A stretch of 64,000 bases of DNA from the human T2T-CHM13v2.0 reference genome, Homo sapiens. The notes under the pieces are model-generated. The model worked only from the letters and a program-made list of their open reading frames with translations, did no database searches and was not told where the DNA came from. How positions within the stretch are numbered: position 1 is the stretch's first letter; each line of letters begins with the position of its first letter. The DNA lies in assembly GCA_009914755.4 (NCBI GenBank), contig CP068257.2, positions 36,512,001 to 36,576,000 of the forward strand. The letters run 5' to 3'. The position numbers and the translations under genes are program-made. Shown here in pieces: positions 27,248-40,367 of the stretch.

Positions 27248-28209
27248 GAGAGTTTTAAGAAGATGGAGTATGAGAGTTCAACACTGTATTTGGCCAGATG
27301 GAAGCCGTAGGAAACCTTAAGCAGAGTAGTCTTCAAAATCTTGAATGAAGTGGATGGAGGTGGGGATAGAGAATGTGCAGTGAGCAAATAAAGAGAGAAT
27401 TTACACAATTCTTTGGACTCATTGTGATGTAATATAAAGAGAGCAGAAAAAAAGAGCAGCAGTTGGAAATGATGTAGAATCTGGGGAGAGACCTTTTAAA
27501 GAAAGGTGATATCAAGGCTTGTTTGTGGACTGAGAATGATGTGTGATCTTGGAAGTCAGCTTGAGAATGGAGCAGTCAAGACACAAATTGGTTGGCAGGT
27601 CATGATCAGCATGAGAGGAATCTCTATCCTGCTTCCAGGCTATCCTTGGCACTGTGATTTTTAATAAAATAATGCACTGACTTTGCATTCAAAGAAATTA
27701 CTGGACAGTCAAAATATACACACATATGCAAAAATTGAGGAGCAATTTCCCATAAGATGTAAGCAAGAGTAATAGTTATTTTGTGTTATTTCTGTAAGTG
27801 TTAGTGGCAGTAAGTAAAGAATGAATTGTAAAATTGTGACAGGGAAGGTAGAGGAGTGCTTTTTGAAACCTATTTTCCATTAGATCTTAAAGAAAGTTGA
27901 GAACATAAATTTGTGGAGAAGTGAGGGTGAAGATTCTTAAGGGAGGCAGAAGCAAGATTTAATAACAATGCAGAACAAGGAATCAGCAAAACCTGTTGAA
28001 AACGTCAGAAAACTTAGGGGAAGCTGGAGCAGAGGGTTAGAGTTGGGAGACCTGAGTGAGGGTCTTGGCTTTCACTCAGTGTGCAGTCAGGATCCACCTA
28101 ATGTGGAATAACCATGGGGTTCTGGAATGGGCTGAGACAGTGACATATTTGCCCATATTAGTGGATCCATGAATCATTTTCTACAAAGTCTTCTTGTTTT
28201 GTTTTTCAG

Positions 28210-28308
28210 ACAAACCTTGGAAATCAAGAAAGTTCTGGAATGATGAAGCTGTTCATGCCAAGACCGAAAGTGCTGGCCCAGTATGAGTCCATTCAGTTCA
28301 TGCCGTGA
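28210..28308 (+). CDS. Candidate 3'-terminal coding exon (hypothetical; gene unidentified)
   Basis: Polypyrimidine tract plus AG (cttcttgttttgtttttcag at 28190-28209). An ORF runs from the acceptor to TGA at 28306 (...NQESSGMMKLFMPRPKVLAQYESIQFMP*). The +2 frame is also open to TGA at 28284. AATAAA at 28394. Confidence 0.2.
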   Translation, partial: TNLGNQESSGMMKLFMPRPKVLAQYESIQFMP

Positions 28309-28393
28309 CAATTTTCTTGGAACTCCTTTTTATTGTTAGTTCTCACTTGTTTCCATATTTAGTGAATGTACATTTAATTGCAAAGCTGTCATT

Positions 28394-28399
28394 AATAAA
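28394..28399 (+). promoter_or_regulatory. AATAAA polyadenylation signal, candidate, downstream of the putative terminal exon
   Basis: cattaataaaaattc, 86 bp after the stop codon, in AT-rich context (weak on its own). Confidence 0.2.
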
Positions 28400-31079
28400 A
28401 ATTCTTATAGTACCTCACTGCACAAACATCTTTCCTGTGTGCTAGGCATTTCCAAAAGCAGAATCATTCTGTATCTGATTTGCATCATCTTATTTAAACC
28501 AAGACAGTATTGGCCATACTGTCTACCAAAACAGGCTGTAAGAAATTACAATAATTTTTGCAGCTATAGGGTAACAATCTATCTCTTATGGGTTTCCAGA
28601 AAGTGTTCTGCTCTATATGATTTTAAGAAAACTGGGACATTGGTGGGAGGATAGTAGTTGGGAAATGCTTCTAGGATTAAGAGGATTGAAGTTGAGACTG
28701 GAGGTAAGCTTAAAGGAATGGCTGAAGTATCCCATCAAGACATCATAGTGTCATTATAATGACCATGTTCTCTTGTGAATCCTCACCAATGGTATAGAAT
28801 CCTTTGATTTCAATTTCTACCACTCTGGGAAACCCCTAGGCTTGTGCTCCTGGTACATCAGCCCATTTCATGGTACGTTGAAGCATGCCTCCCTGTGGGA
28901 TTGCTGGATTCCCAGCCCAGTGAGGTAATGACCAAGCAGCGTCTTCAGAGGAAGGATAGCTGTACAGCGTGGTGAAGGACTCAATGAGAAGGTAATTGAT
29001 GCTTCACCTTTTCTTATTTTCTGTAAAGTAGGGGAATATGAGTCCTCCACTGTGTGCTTTTTTGTTTGTTTGTTTGCAAGCAATCAAAATTCTTTAAGCT
29101 TCTTGGAGGATGGGATTTTCTAGAAACTGAAATTTTTAGGGGTGGTTGGGGTCTAAGCAATCCAGAGAAATATGAATGCAACCTCAGGGGAAAAGATGAA
29201 AGGTGCTAAGGAGGAGGCAGAATAGTCCTATAAAGAAAAGGCACACACATACATGCACACACACACTGAGACTCACACGTATCTTGTTAAAAACATTACA
29301 GCAAACTGGAGTTCTTAAATCCCCAGTGCATAGAGCTTTGGGAGGGTAATTCTGTTAACTTAAAGGGTAGTCCTCTGTAATGAATGCAGTTCTTGTGCAT
29401 ACTCAGCTACTGTGCTCTAATAATGTCTTACTGAGCTTGAGGATCTGTCAGGCAAAATATGCTGATCTTCTGTACCCTGGGAACTTTCTCCAAGTGAGGT
29501 CACACTGCTGCCCAGCTCAGTTCTAGGACCGCTCTGGTGATGCGATTTTATTCCATGTCCGGCGATTTAGAAAACACAGAGTTTTGAGTTTGGGTTCCTT
29601 CTAATGAATCCATTAGTGGTTGTGGTGGGTTTCATTGATTTCTTCCTGATGATTTGTCTTCTCTTTAAAACTGGTGCTATTTGTGGTTTAGTGATATGTA
29701 CTTGTAAGGATTTGGGTCTGATGTTTGGTCCATCAGCCAGATCATCTGTAGTTTGGGATTCTTGGTAATCTAAGACCCAATGTCTGACCCCTTCTGACCT
29801 CATTCTGTACATGCTGTTTAGTTACAGTATGAGCTTGTTCCTTAAACGTTCCAACAGCCACTGGGCTTTCAACAAATGTAACTGAATGAAAGACAAATCT
29901 TTCCTGTGCAGATTTGCCTGTCTAAAACACAGAGTTAAAAACACCTCTCATTACCTCCTTATAATTATATGCTTGGCCTCCTTTGAAGCCAAGGTATGGC
30001 TTTTCAAGCCAGTTGCCCTGTGACGTGAGAGGGCAGCACCTTTCTGAAGACGGTTCTCACTACTGCTACACCTTGTGCTGCTGAAAGCAGCAGGAGCTCT
30101 GCAGGTGAATGTGATTTCTCTGTAGCTGCCCAAGGCAGGGCCCTGTATCCTATGGTTGCTCAGGGGGACTCTTGGGCAGAAGATGCCTGCAGATCAGCTT
30201 TGTAGTGACCTCCACCATCCTGGTCTCAGCCATTTTTCCTTGGCACCATCCAGGCCGAGCTTATTGCAGCGAGGACCAAGATGTCCTCATCCTCAAGCAT
30301 GCCTCATGCAAATAGAGTGAAGCCGGCTCATTTCCAGCATTTTCTTTCTGACATTAAATGTTTTTCTGGCAGTAGGTTTAATATTACTCTAGGCAAAACC
30401 CTAGGGTTTTACACAAATCATTTATCATTTGGACGTAATTCTCACTATTTAAGCACCTCCAGTTTCTACGTTATTGAATGAGACACTGTGGCCCTCACCC
30501 TTCCATCAGGATGGATTGGGTGAAGGGTCTTATCTAAAATTCCCAGTGTGCTCTAATTGTCAATCAACAATTCAAATTAAACAAGTGACCTCCACTACCT
30601 ACAGGATAGACTTGGTGCAAGTCTAGTTTTAGTGTGAAAAGCAATTTCCATATAGACATAGACCATAAAGGGGGGCTCCTGTAAGGGTCTGAACAATAGG
30701 TCATTGTATGTGACTAGAAAAGTGGGGAGAAAAAAACAGAGAAATCTCCCTACGGGTGCAGCGTTTTTGGTTTTATAGAAAGAGAGAAAAACAACTCTTT
30801 TTGAATCAAATCATCAGGCACAAAAAACAAATGCTGCCAGAGTAATTATCCCTGGAAAAACTCAGTCCTGAGGGCTCTCCACGCCATAGGCTTCCTGATG
30901 CCACCTGCAGCTCATCCCAAGAAAGGGTTGGAGATGCATCAGCAGCCTTCGGCAAAGGGGAAACACCGTGCAGCAGGGCTGACTTGGCAAAGAGGCACCC
31001 CCAGAGGAATGCGAGGTGCAGCTTCTCTCCCTTTCCTTCTTGCCATGTGCTGAGAGCCCATGACCCCAGGATCTTTCTG

Positions 31080-31265
31080 CAGTCCTTCCCCTCAGGTTGC
31101 TTAGACAAGGAACTTAACTGCACTTCAACTACTGAACAGTAGAATGGGGTCCTAATTGTAACCCTGTCATGGATTTTGAAGGATTTAATGAGACAATCAA
31201 TGGGAAATGCTTGGCACACAGTATGCCCCCAAGTCAGTGAAGTTGCTTCCATTCCCAACCTCGGT
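31080..31265 (+). mobile_element. MIR-like SINE relic
   Basis: ...aggttgcttagacaaggaacttaactgcacttcaactactgaacagtagaatggggtcctaattgtaaccc...ggatttaatgagacaatcaatgggaaatgcttggcacacagtatgcc. Confidence 0.45.
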
Positions 31266-33099
31266 CTTCAGTCCCTGGTCATCTCACAAGCAACTAAGGA
31301 CTCAACATTAATTCAAGGGACAGATCTGATTGGAGGGGCCTCCAAAATGAGGGAAGGTCCTCTCGGCCACTAGGGGGCACTAACTACATGGAAAACAAGC
31401 ACTGAATTTCAGGGACTTGCTCCACTGCCCTGCAATGTAAATCCTGTAACTCATTTAATTTTCTTGGAGCAAAGTTTGGGAATGGTTGATACAGATGGTG
31501 CTATTTCTGCTTGGGAAGGTGGTTACACTTACATGTCAAATGAAGAAACTTTTCTTAGCTCCTCCCTGTGACTCACCAGCTCCAGCTATTATGAACTCAT
31601 ACTTTAAAATATTTTTTTCTATTCAGCCCCATTTACTTTCAGTCCTCTTTCTTCTGTATTCTCCAATTCCTGGAAAAATAGACAATATCCTTAGTTGTGT
31701 GGAAGAGGAAGAAGAGTTATGTAGAAGAAAGAAGCATCCTTACTGTAAAATGTTTCTGACTTTTTGAGCCAACCACGTCTGGATCAGATGTTTCCATCTA
31801 GAGTCATACCTTTTCATAGCCTTTTAAACCTGGCTCATGAGAGGAAAGAGAGAGTGCAATGTCCCTGAGATATCTAGGAAACCATGGAGAATTTCTTATC
31901 AGAATTAACCCCTATTGTTTTGAAAGTAACTAGATCCTAGGAAGCATGAGATGCCACGGGCTTCCCAGAACCCATAGCAGGTGAGAAAGAACTGGAATAC
32001 AGGGTGAGGTGTGATGAATCGAACTGCTTTTCCCAGAACACAGAATACAGCCAAGGTATGAAAGCTGTTCCCCAGAGGGGAAAAATGTACACTGGCCAAT
32101 GAGGGTGCATCCAAGAGCCTGTAGGCTTTCTTGGGCATTGATTAAACCAATATGCCAGGCATCACCTGCTTGAGAATTACTAGAGATGTTTGTCAAACCC
32201 CCAGTCCCTGGAATTAGACTACCTTGATGTACATCTCAGAAATATGCAACTACTTTGAGGTGGTTTTACATTTCCTAAAATTTAAGAACAATTGCTCTAG
32301 AAGATAATAATTCTACCTCCACTGACACTGGAAATACATGTAAGGATGGCTCTGCATGTCCTTCATCACAGCAAGTTGACATTTTCTAGAATCACTGAAA
32401 GGAATTATTGCTATAAAAAAATCCAATCCAACAATAAAGCCCCAGATGATCAGAATTGTTCATCCCGAAACTCTTCATGTCCCAGAATTGCACATGGTGT
32501 CTGGGACACTTGCTGGAGTGGATTCCTGTGATCGGTGACCTCCCAGTTTGTGTGCCGACAGGGCTTAGAGCTGCAGGCAATGCAGTTGCTACACGGTATC
32601 TCAGTGTCAAGAATCAACAGTTCCATGGAGCCAAGAGGGTGCAGGTTGGCAGTGGTGGGGTGGGGGGATCTGTTTGCAAGACGGTGTCATGGAGCCTTTC
32701 TGTGGCATTGAAGGAACAAAGATACAGGGGCACAAAGGACATGGCACTTTGTGCTGCTGGCACTGTTTCTACATTGAGTGACCTCCCCAGGAAATCCCCA
32801 CTGAAACACAAGGTGAGTTTTGCCAGATTTAAACAAGATAATTCCAGTGAGTTTATCAGGAAGTGGAAATGGAGAGCTACATTGGAAATCTGTTTTCAGA
32901 CATCCCGTGTCCATTTCTGTTTCTGGAAACCACTTCTAGATGAACCTTGGACTCAGTTCATCTTCCCTTTGCTCTACATTCTCTGATTTCCAAGCAATAA
33001 AACCAACAGGGCTGTATTTCTCTGGACAAGACCCTCACCTATCAGCAGAAACAGAAAAGCAAATCCTCCCCGAAACAGCAGCTTGGGGAAGTGGCCCAT

Positions 33100-33790
<691 letters not shown>

Positions 33791-33834
33791 GGTAGGACTG
33801 CATGGTGGGATTTGGAGAGCTCTGGATTTAAAAT

Positions 33835-34050
33835 TAGGCAGTCTTGGATCAGATCCCGCTCTTCTACTTAGTAACTGTCATCTTAGACAAGTGATAGCAT
33901 CCTCCCTCCCAGCCTGAGTTCTCTCATCTACAAAACAGAATTACAAACAGAATCCCACCTTTCTGGTGGGATTGTTGTTAATACTGAGTGAGTTCACCTG
34001 GCATATACAGCTAGCCTTGACCCTGGCATGAAGTCAGTAAATGCAGATAA
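33835..34050 (+). mobile_element. MIR SINE
   Basis: ...ttagtaactgtcatcttagacaagtgatagcatcctccctcccagcctgagttctctcatctacaaaacagaattacaaacagaatcccacctttctggtgggattgttgttaatactgagtgagttcacctggcatatacagctagc. Confidence 0.6.
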
Positions 34051-34527
34051 TTTGTACTCAATTTAAGTAAATTGTATGTCGTTCTTGAAATATATGTGAG
34101 TGACCTGCAATTTAATATAATAAAATATGTATTTCTTGAGTTGCTCTTACATGTACTATGCAAAAGTTCATATTTACAATGCATTATCATGGCTAAATCA
34201 TAAATATGGGAAAGTCAGTTAAATAAGACTTTAAAAGAAGAACCCAAGTCTAGTCACTTAACACTTACGAGGCATTTCTCATTGAGAAACCGGATTATCT
34301 TTTATAGCCTCTGGAGACTCAGAGCCTATCCCAGGTTCCTACACATCCAAGAACAAATGTGTCCTGAGCAGATGAATGAAAGAGTAAGTGGACCCCTCAG
34401 GAAAAGAGCGTTTTTAACACCCTGAATTAACCTCTCAATATTCCTCTAACAAGAAAAAGTGTTAGGACACTGGGGCCTTAACATTAGCTTTCCTACTCAC
34501 TGAGTGATCTTGACAAGTTACCTAAAC

Positions 34528-34858
34528 TTTTATTTATGTATTTATTTTTGAGACAGGATCTCACTCAGGTTGTCAACAATCGAGGGTCATAGGTTCTTCA
34601 CCCAGGCTGGAGTGCAGTGGCAGGATCATAGATCACTGCAGCCTCGACCTCCCTGAGCTCAGGTGATCCTCCCACATCAGCCGCCCAAGTAGCTGGGACT
34701 ACAGGGACACCCCACCATGCCGAGCTAATTTTCTTTTTTTTGGAGATGGGTCTTTGCCATATTGCCCACACTGGTCTCAAACTCCTGGGCTTAAGTGATC
34801 CATTCACCTTGGCCTCCCAAAGTGATGGGATTATAGGCATGAGCTACTGTGCCTGGCC
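34528..34858 (-). mobile_element. Alu (antisense) carrying a 34-bp non-Alu insertion near its 3' end
   Basis: gagacaggatctcactc[aggttgtcaacaatcgagggtcataggttctt]cacccaggctggagtgcagtggcaggatcat...cccaaagtgatgggattataggcatgagctactgtgcctggcc. Confidence 0.9.
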
Positions 34859-35555
34859 ATCCTAAACATTTGGACTTCAGATTCGTTATTTGTGAAATGG
34901 AAAGTGAAGTCATCATAAAATCTCTTTCAACGTATTGGAAGGAAGATTAAATAAACTTATAATAGGTGAACACTTTTTGTAAACTCTACAGTGGTGTACA
35001 AATGGGATGTGTTAACTTTATATACTGTTGTTGTCAGTCCAGTGATTCCCAAAAGGTGACCAGGGAACCCTAGCTCCTCAGGGATAACAAGCAAAGCCAG
35101 TATCCTTTTCAGCCTCAGAACTTACCAGAGCCTTTGATGTGCTAATGAGCACTGGAACACTCTGTAAAAGAGGAGCATGGTTTGTGGCATTTCCCAAATA
35201 CATTTGTCCAGAATCTTCTGTCAGAGAACTCCTTAAAGGATTCACGTTTTAGTGGGGCACCCACTGGAAAACACTGGGCTATCATGTGGACTGGGCCTAC
35301 ATGGGTTTATTTGGTAGACATGGTGCCCTGCTCACCCATCCTCTTCAGCCTCTCTCCCTCGTCATGCAGGCAGTGCTTTCCTGAAGAGTAGCAATGAGGA
35401 GATGGGAGAAAGTAGATTATCTGTTTCTTAACTGGCTCTTTACCTCTCAAATAACCTTCCTCTTTGGGGCATTTTTGCACAGTTCTCTCTAGATTTAATG
35501 CATTGAGGGCAAAATAATTAACCCAAGACTGATTGCCATAGTTATTATTATTGTT

Positions 35556-35698
35556 CTCCTCCTCCTCGTCCTCCTCCTTTTCCTCCTCCTTCCTCTTTCT
35601 CTTCTCCTCCTCCAACTTCTCCTTCTACTCCTGCTCCTGCTCCTTCTCCTTCTTCATCTCTGTCTTTTTCTTCTCTTCTTCCTCCCACTTCTTTTTTT
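35556..35698. repeat. Polypyrimidine (CT/TCC)n-rich tract
   Basis: ctcctcctcctcgtcctcctccttttcctcctccttcctctttctcttctcctcctcc...; on the minus strand it reads as an E/K-rich pseudo-ORF. Confidence 0.85.
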
Positions 35699-36574
35699 AA
35701 ACTCAACTATGTGATGATTTCTTCTTTTACAACAATTTTATTGTCATAGTTTGGCATAGTTTACAAATTTTCAATGAAATATAAACCCTAAAATTTAAAA
35801 TATTGCTCTAAGAATTTTTAAAAATAGAGTCATCTTTAAGTGCAAAGGGGCATATTATTCAAATTCAATTTTGAAGTTTATGTTTGTACCTTTCCTGGGG
35901 TTAGGGGCCATTTTAGAACATGGTAATCATGGACAGTATCTGATGGTACTGGTGGCCATTTCAATAGCTGTTAGCTGCAAATTCAACAAGTATAGGATAC
36001 CTGTCTCCTTCTTGGGACTTTCATGGCATACCCCTTTTCCCAATAATGCTGTGTGGTAAAAAATAATAGTAATAATAATGCTGTGAGGTTCAGAGAGACT
36101 GAATAACTCTCAAAAGTCATGTAAAAAAGATATATGACAGAGTTACTATTTGAACAAAGGTTTTCAGACTCCCAGGTATTCCCTGCAAAGAGAAGGTATG
36201 AGGAACAACCCCTTTGTCTCTGTGACCCCACAGAAGCCTCTGGGACCCCACTTTCTGATTCTTCCTCCTATTCCTTTTTGTCTTTGATCTGCTTCTATTT
36301 CTCCTCTCCCTTTTCCTCTTGTCTTTTATCTGATCCATGCCAATCGTGCTCTCCAAAATGAAGAACCTATGATCCCTCGATTGTTGACAACCTGAGAACA
36401 TTTCTTGCCCTACCCAGGACAGAAGGAAATGACATAAAAACATTTTATTCATTGGGTGAAATGGGATTATTTTTGAGCTGCTCTGTTCAACATCAGTGAG
36501 GCTGCTCAATAAAGAGAAGAGGAAACCTGGCATAAAAGAAGAAACTGGGCTTCAGCTTTGCATGCATATACATG

Positions 36575-37035
36575 TTTATTGCAGCACTATTCACAATAGC
36601 TGCAAAGACATAGAATAAACCCAGATGCCCATCAATGGTGGATTGGATAAAGAAAATGTGGTACAATACACCACGGAATACTGTGCAGCCATAAAAAAAG
36701 AAAATTATGTCCTTTGCACCAACATGGGTGCAGCTGGAAGCCATTCTCCTAAGTGAATTAGTGCAGAAACAGAAAACCAAATACCACATGTTCTTACTTA
36801 TAAATGAGAGCTAAACATTGGGTACCCATTGATATAATGACAGGAAGAGCAGACACTGGGGACTCCAAACATGGGGAGGGAGGGAGGAGAGTAAGGACTG
36901 ATAAACTACCAATTGACTACTATGTTTACTCCTTGGGTGACGGGTTCAATTGAAGCCAAAACCTTAGCATCATATCCATATAACAAATGTACACATGTAC
37001 CCCCAGAACTAATATTTTAAAAAAAATAAGAAACA
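36575..37035 (+). mobile_element. L1P 3' end (about 460 bp), sense
   Basis: catgtttattgcagcactattcacaatagctgcaaagacatagaataaacccagatgcccatcaatggtggattggataaagaaaatgtggtacaatacaccacggaatactgtgcagcc...gtacccccagaactaatattttaaaaaaaataag. Confidence 0.85.
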
Positions 37036-39074
37036 TTTCCTCCCAGAGACAGTGTCCTAATGTGGTTTTATCAGAGTCGGTTCTTCCTGGTGGGAGATAA
37101 TAAATAATGGCATCTTATCCAGAAGACTTCATCAAGTACCTGAAGTTTACTGTGGGAACATCTGGGCTGTAGCCCCTCCTTCCAAGGAGCTCTGGGATCA
37201 ACTTCTGATACTGAGAAGCGTGAAGTTCGAATTCAACTTTAGCCTTGTTATGCTTGTGTGTGCACTTTCACACTTATTGTTAAGGGATTCGTGAGTGGCT
37301 GAGGAGAGGAGACACAGAAGACTCCCTTTCTTTGTAATGTGCAAAAAACCATAGAGAATCAGTAAATGCAGATGAATGGGAATATAAAGCACTTACTGTT
37401 CTTATGGTTCAAAGGTTTTAGAACAGGCACATCCACCTTTACTCAGCCACAACCAAGAAGACTGGAATTCAGAAGCACACTCGACCTCTAAGCCTGCCTT
37501 TCTCATCATGCTGTCTCACACTTCTCCCTGGATAAATAAAGGCGACCTGTGCCCTAGCATTGATAATGATGCTGGGGACAAAGTCAAGCTCCGACAGTGT
37601 TGGGACAGTCTCTGGAGTCTGCCTGGGCCCTGGCGCCTGAAATGGCCTGGCTGGTCCTTAGGCCGGGCCACCTTGCCTGCCTGTTTTCTGGTTTCTTTCC
37701 CTCCTGGGCCATCTGTTTTTCACCTGCCTGATGGCTGCAGTCTGCTTTCCATCTGGTCATCGTTCCAAAAACATGGGAAGCAGAATATGACAAATGGTGA
37801 TAAATGGAAAGAAAGGAGTCACAGAGGTTTCAGCGTTGATCATCCACAGATTTACCAGCCATTATAAAATTTGGCTCCTGCTTATTCATTTTCATCTGCA
37901 TGCCAAAAGCAATCGATTGTAGAAAAGACCCGCATTCTTTGTCTATTTTACTTGCCAAGTCAGTTGGAGTCCAGATGGTGACACTGACCTTTGCAGAGTT
38001 CCTCATTCTTCCCAGGAAATGTACATTCGAGGAAAAGTCAAGCCTCTTACCACTTTAGTGGTACCATTAAGAGGGTGGTTGGGGAACCTGGATTATTTTA
38101 AATGCATACACGCACACACACCAAGCCTGGAACATGCTGCTTGCTCTTATCATCAAGAGTGTTATAATTTTGGGCTGGCTGGAAAGCAAAAGCTCCAAGT
38201 TAGAAAGCAATCTGTTCCACCCCTGCCCCCTCACCCTCCCTGAAGCCAGACGGCTGTAGTGCAGCTTTCTCCTCTTCAGACACACACCGGGTTGGAGCCT
38301 GTTAAATTGCATCGGCACTGACTGGACCTCACAGAGGCCCATGTTCTATGCCCCTCTGGGAACCCTCATTGGCTTTTGGATACTTTCCTTGCTACTCCGA
38401 GTTCGCCAAATGCTGTGATAGACCCTTGTAAGGTCACAAGAGTGCAACAATGAGAGAAAAAAAAAGCTGTGATTCTAAAACTGAACCACACTCCTACATT
38501 ATCAGGATTTTTCCATTTTCCAGTGAGAGTGGAATAGAGAAGACTTTCTGCCCTGGAGCCTGGTTCCTTTCCATGGATCTTAACAACAGGGGGAAATAGT
38601 AGACCCTGCACCTGCAGGAGGAGGAGGGTCTGGGGAAAGACAAAGCTGGGATTAACCTCATGCTACTAGTTATAAAGAATGATTTGGAAGGATCAGTATC
38701 ACCCAAATTAGCTATTTGCCAAACACTGAATATCTATCAACTGATAACCACCCTCTTATTATTGAAATAATTTTGTTTTCATAAATCCAGTTCTAATTCA
38801 AGAAGATGCCGTTTCATGTGAACTCCATCAGATTACAGCTCTCCAGGCACAAGGGGTCGCTGGCTTAGAATCAAAGCACATGTCCAGATTTCCTCCTTCT
38901 CACTTTTCTTCTTGGTTGCTTATAGATGCGAAATTCTCTTTCCTTGCTTCTCCATTCTGTGGCTTTAGGGATTTAGAAGAACAAGAGCTAAATCCTTACT
39001 TTGTGTCAGGGTCCGTAACAAAGGCTTCACACGTCTTAACATGTTGAGTCCTCAGAGCAAAGGCATGGAGAGGG

Positions 39075-39235
39075 ATATACTATTATCATCCCCATTTTAC
39101 ATATGAGGACATCAGGGCACAGATAGGTTAACTTGCCCAAGGTCACAGGCTAGTATGTGTGGGTTTGAACCAAGGCCATGGAGCTCCAGGATTTGTGCTC
39201 CTAAACATGTTGCTGTGGTCCCCCTTAGAATGTAG
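39075..39235 (-). mobile_element. MIR SINE, antisense
   Basis: ccccattttacatatgaggacatcagggcacagataggttaacttgcccaaggtcacaggctagtatgtgtgggtttgaaccaaggccatggagctccaggatttgtgctcc. Confidence 0.75.
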
Positions 39236-39466
39236 AGCAAGAGTTCTCAGCTGGGGGTGATTTTGCATTTGGCAGGGGCCCTCTACTTTAGCACTGTCTG
39301 GAGACATTGTTGATTGTCACAGGTGGAGAAGCACTCCTGGAATCTCGTGAGTGGAGGCCAGGCTGGAGATGCTGCTAAACATCCTCTAATGTACAGGGCA
39401 GCTCCCCTCAGCATAGAACTCTCCTCCCTCAAGTATCAATAATGCTGACATTGAAAAAAACCCCGA
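39234..39466 (+). mobile_element. hAT-like MITE, family A, copy 2
   Basis: agcaagagttctcagctgggggtgattttgcatttggcaggggcc...tgtcacaggtggagaagcactcctgg...ggccaggctggagatgctgctaaacatcctctaatgtacagggcagc...gacattgaaaaaaacccc. Confidence 0.45.
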
Positions 39467-39910
39467 TGAAAAGAAATCACCGGACACATACACAGAAATG
39501 TACACAGATGTATAAATAGTAAATCAATCAATCAATCTATCTCTGTTGATCCACCTATCTAGCTAGCTACCTATGTCTTCCTTCTGCTCCCAGAAGACAG
39601 CTAAAAGGTTTACTCTTTTGAAAGGGCCTTTAAAGTATTCACTATTTTGAAAGCTTTTAGTAGTAATTTTCATATAAGAGTTATAGAGTAAAGTGATTTA
39701 CAAGTTATTGTTCCTTGAAAATATAGTGGTGTGTGTGTGTAGTAGGGATGGCTCCCACTTTAGTTCCTGTGGACTTTCCCTTTGGCTGTGGAAAGTCCAG
39801 GTCATTCCCTAAGACCTTGTACCTGTGATTTTTGTCTCCACTTGGCCTTTGAGAAAAAAGCTGGGCCAGGACAGGTCATCTGGCCAAGGCCAAGTTCTCA
39901 GTCATTTTAA

Positions 39911-40367
39911 TTCTAATTACATCCAGCTTACATTACACATTATGTTAATATCACACTCCATCATGTTACAGCAATATACATTATGTAATATATTAATAGA
40001 CATTACCTATTCTGTTATTAGCACATGACATTAATACACCTTATATTAACACACATTAAATATTACATCAATACACATTACATGCTACATTGACAGCACA
40101 TTACAAATTACATTAATAACACATTGCAAATTACACTAATGCATACTACATATCACAGTGATGCACACTACCTATCACATTAGTAACACCTTCCATATTA
40201 CATGATTAACACATTACATCTTATATTTATACACATTATATATTACATTCATAATGCACTCGATATTACATAACACATTACATATAATGTAATTATATGG
40301 AATATATGATTAACACATTACATATTGCATTAATGCACATTACACATTATATTAATATGTACATCCT
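39911..40367. repeat. AT-rich minisatellite (degenerate ~20-25 bp units rich in acattaca/attaacac), block 1
   Basis: Reiterated ...cattacatattacattaataacacattgcaaattacactaatgcatactacatatcac... Confidence 0.8.

Noticed and set aside
30806-31258. 150-aa minus-strand ORF
   Set aside because: Overlaps MIR/MaLR-like relic sequence, and the peptide is low-complexity with no family resemblance. Chance ORF.
32456-32986. 176-aa plus-strand ORF, the second-longest in the track
   Set aside because: No recognisable protein similarity, no ATG or Kozak context, no splice signals. It lies in CpG-retaining LTR-like sequence adjacent to the Alu-interrupted LTR. The ORF length is compatible with chance in 64 kb x 6 frames.
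35307-35615. 102-aa minus-strand ORF (MEEEKRKRKEEEKEEDEEEENNNN...)
   Set aside because: Reverse translation of the CT-rich polypyrimidine tract at 35556-35698. Low-complexity, not a gene.
39911-40367. Possible CRISPR-like array (regularly spaced short repeats)
   Set aside because: Units are degenerate, AT-rich and variable in length, with no distinct repeat/spacer alternation. The context is primate intergenic DNA. It is a minisatellite.
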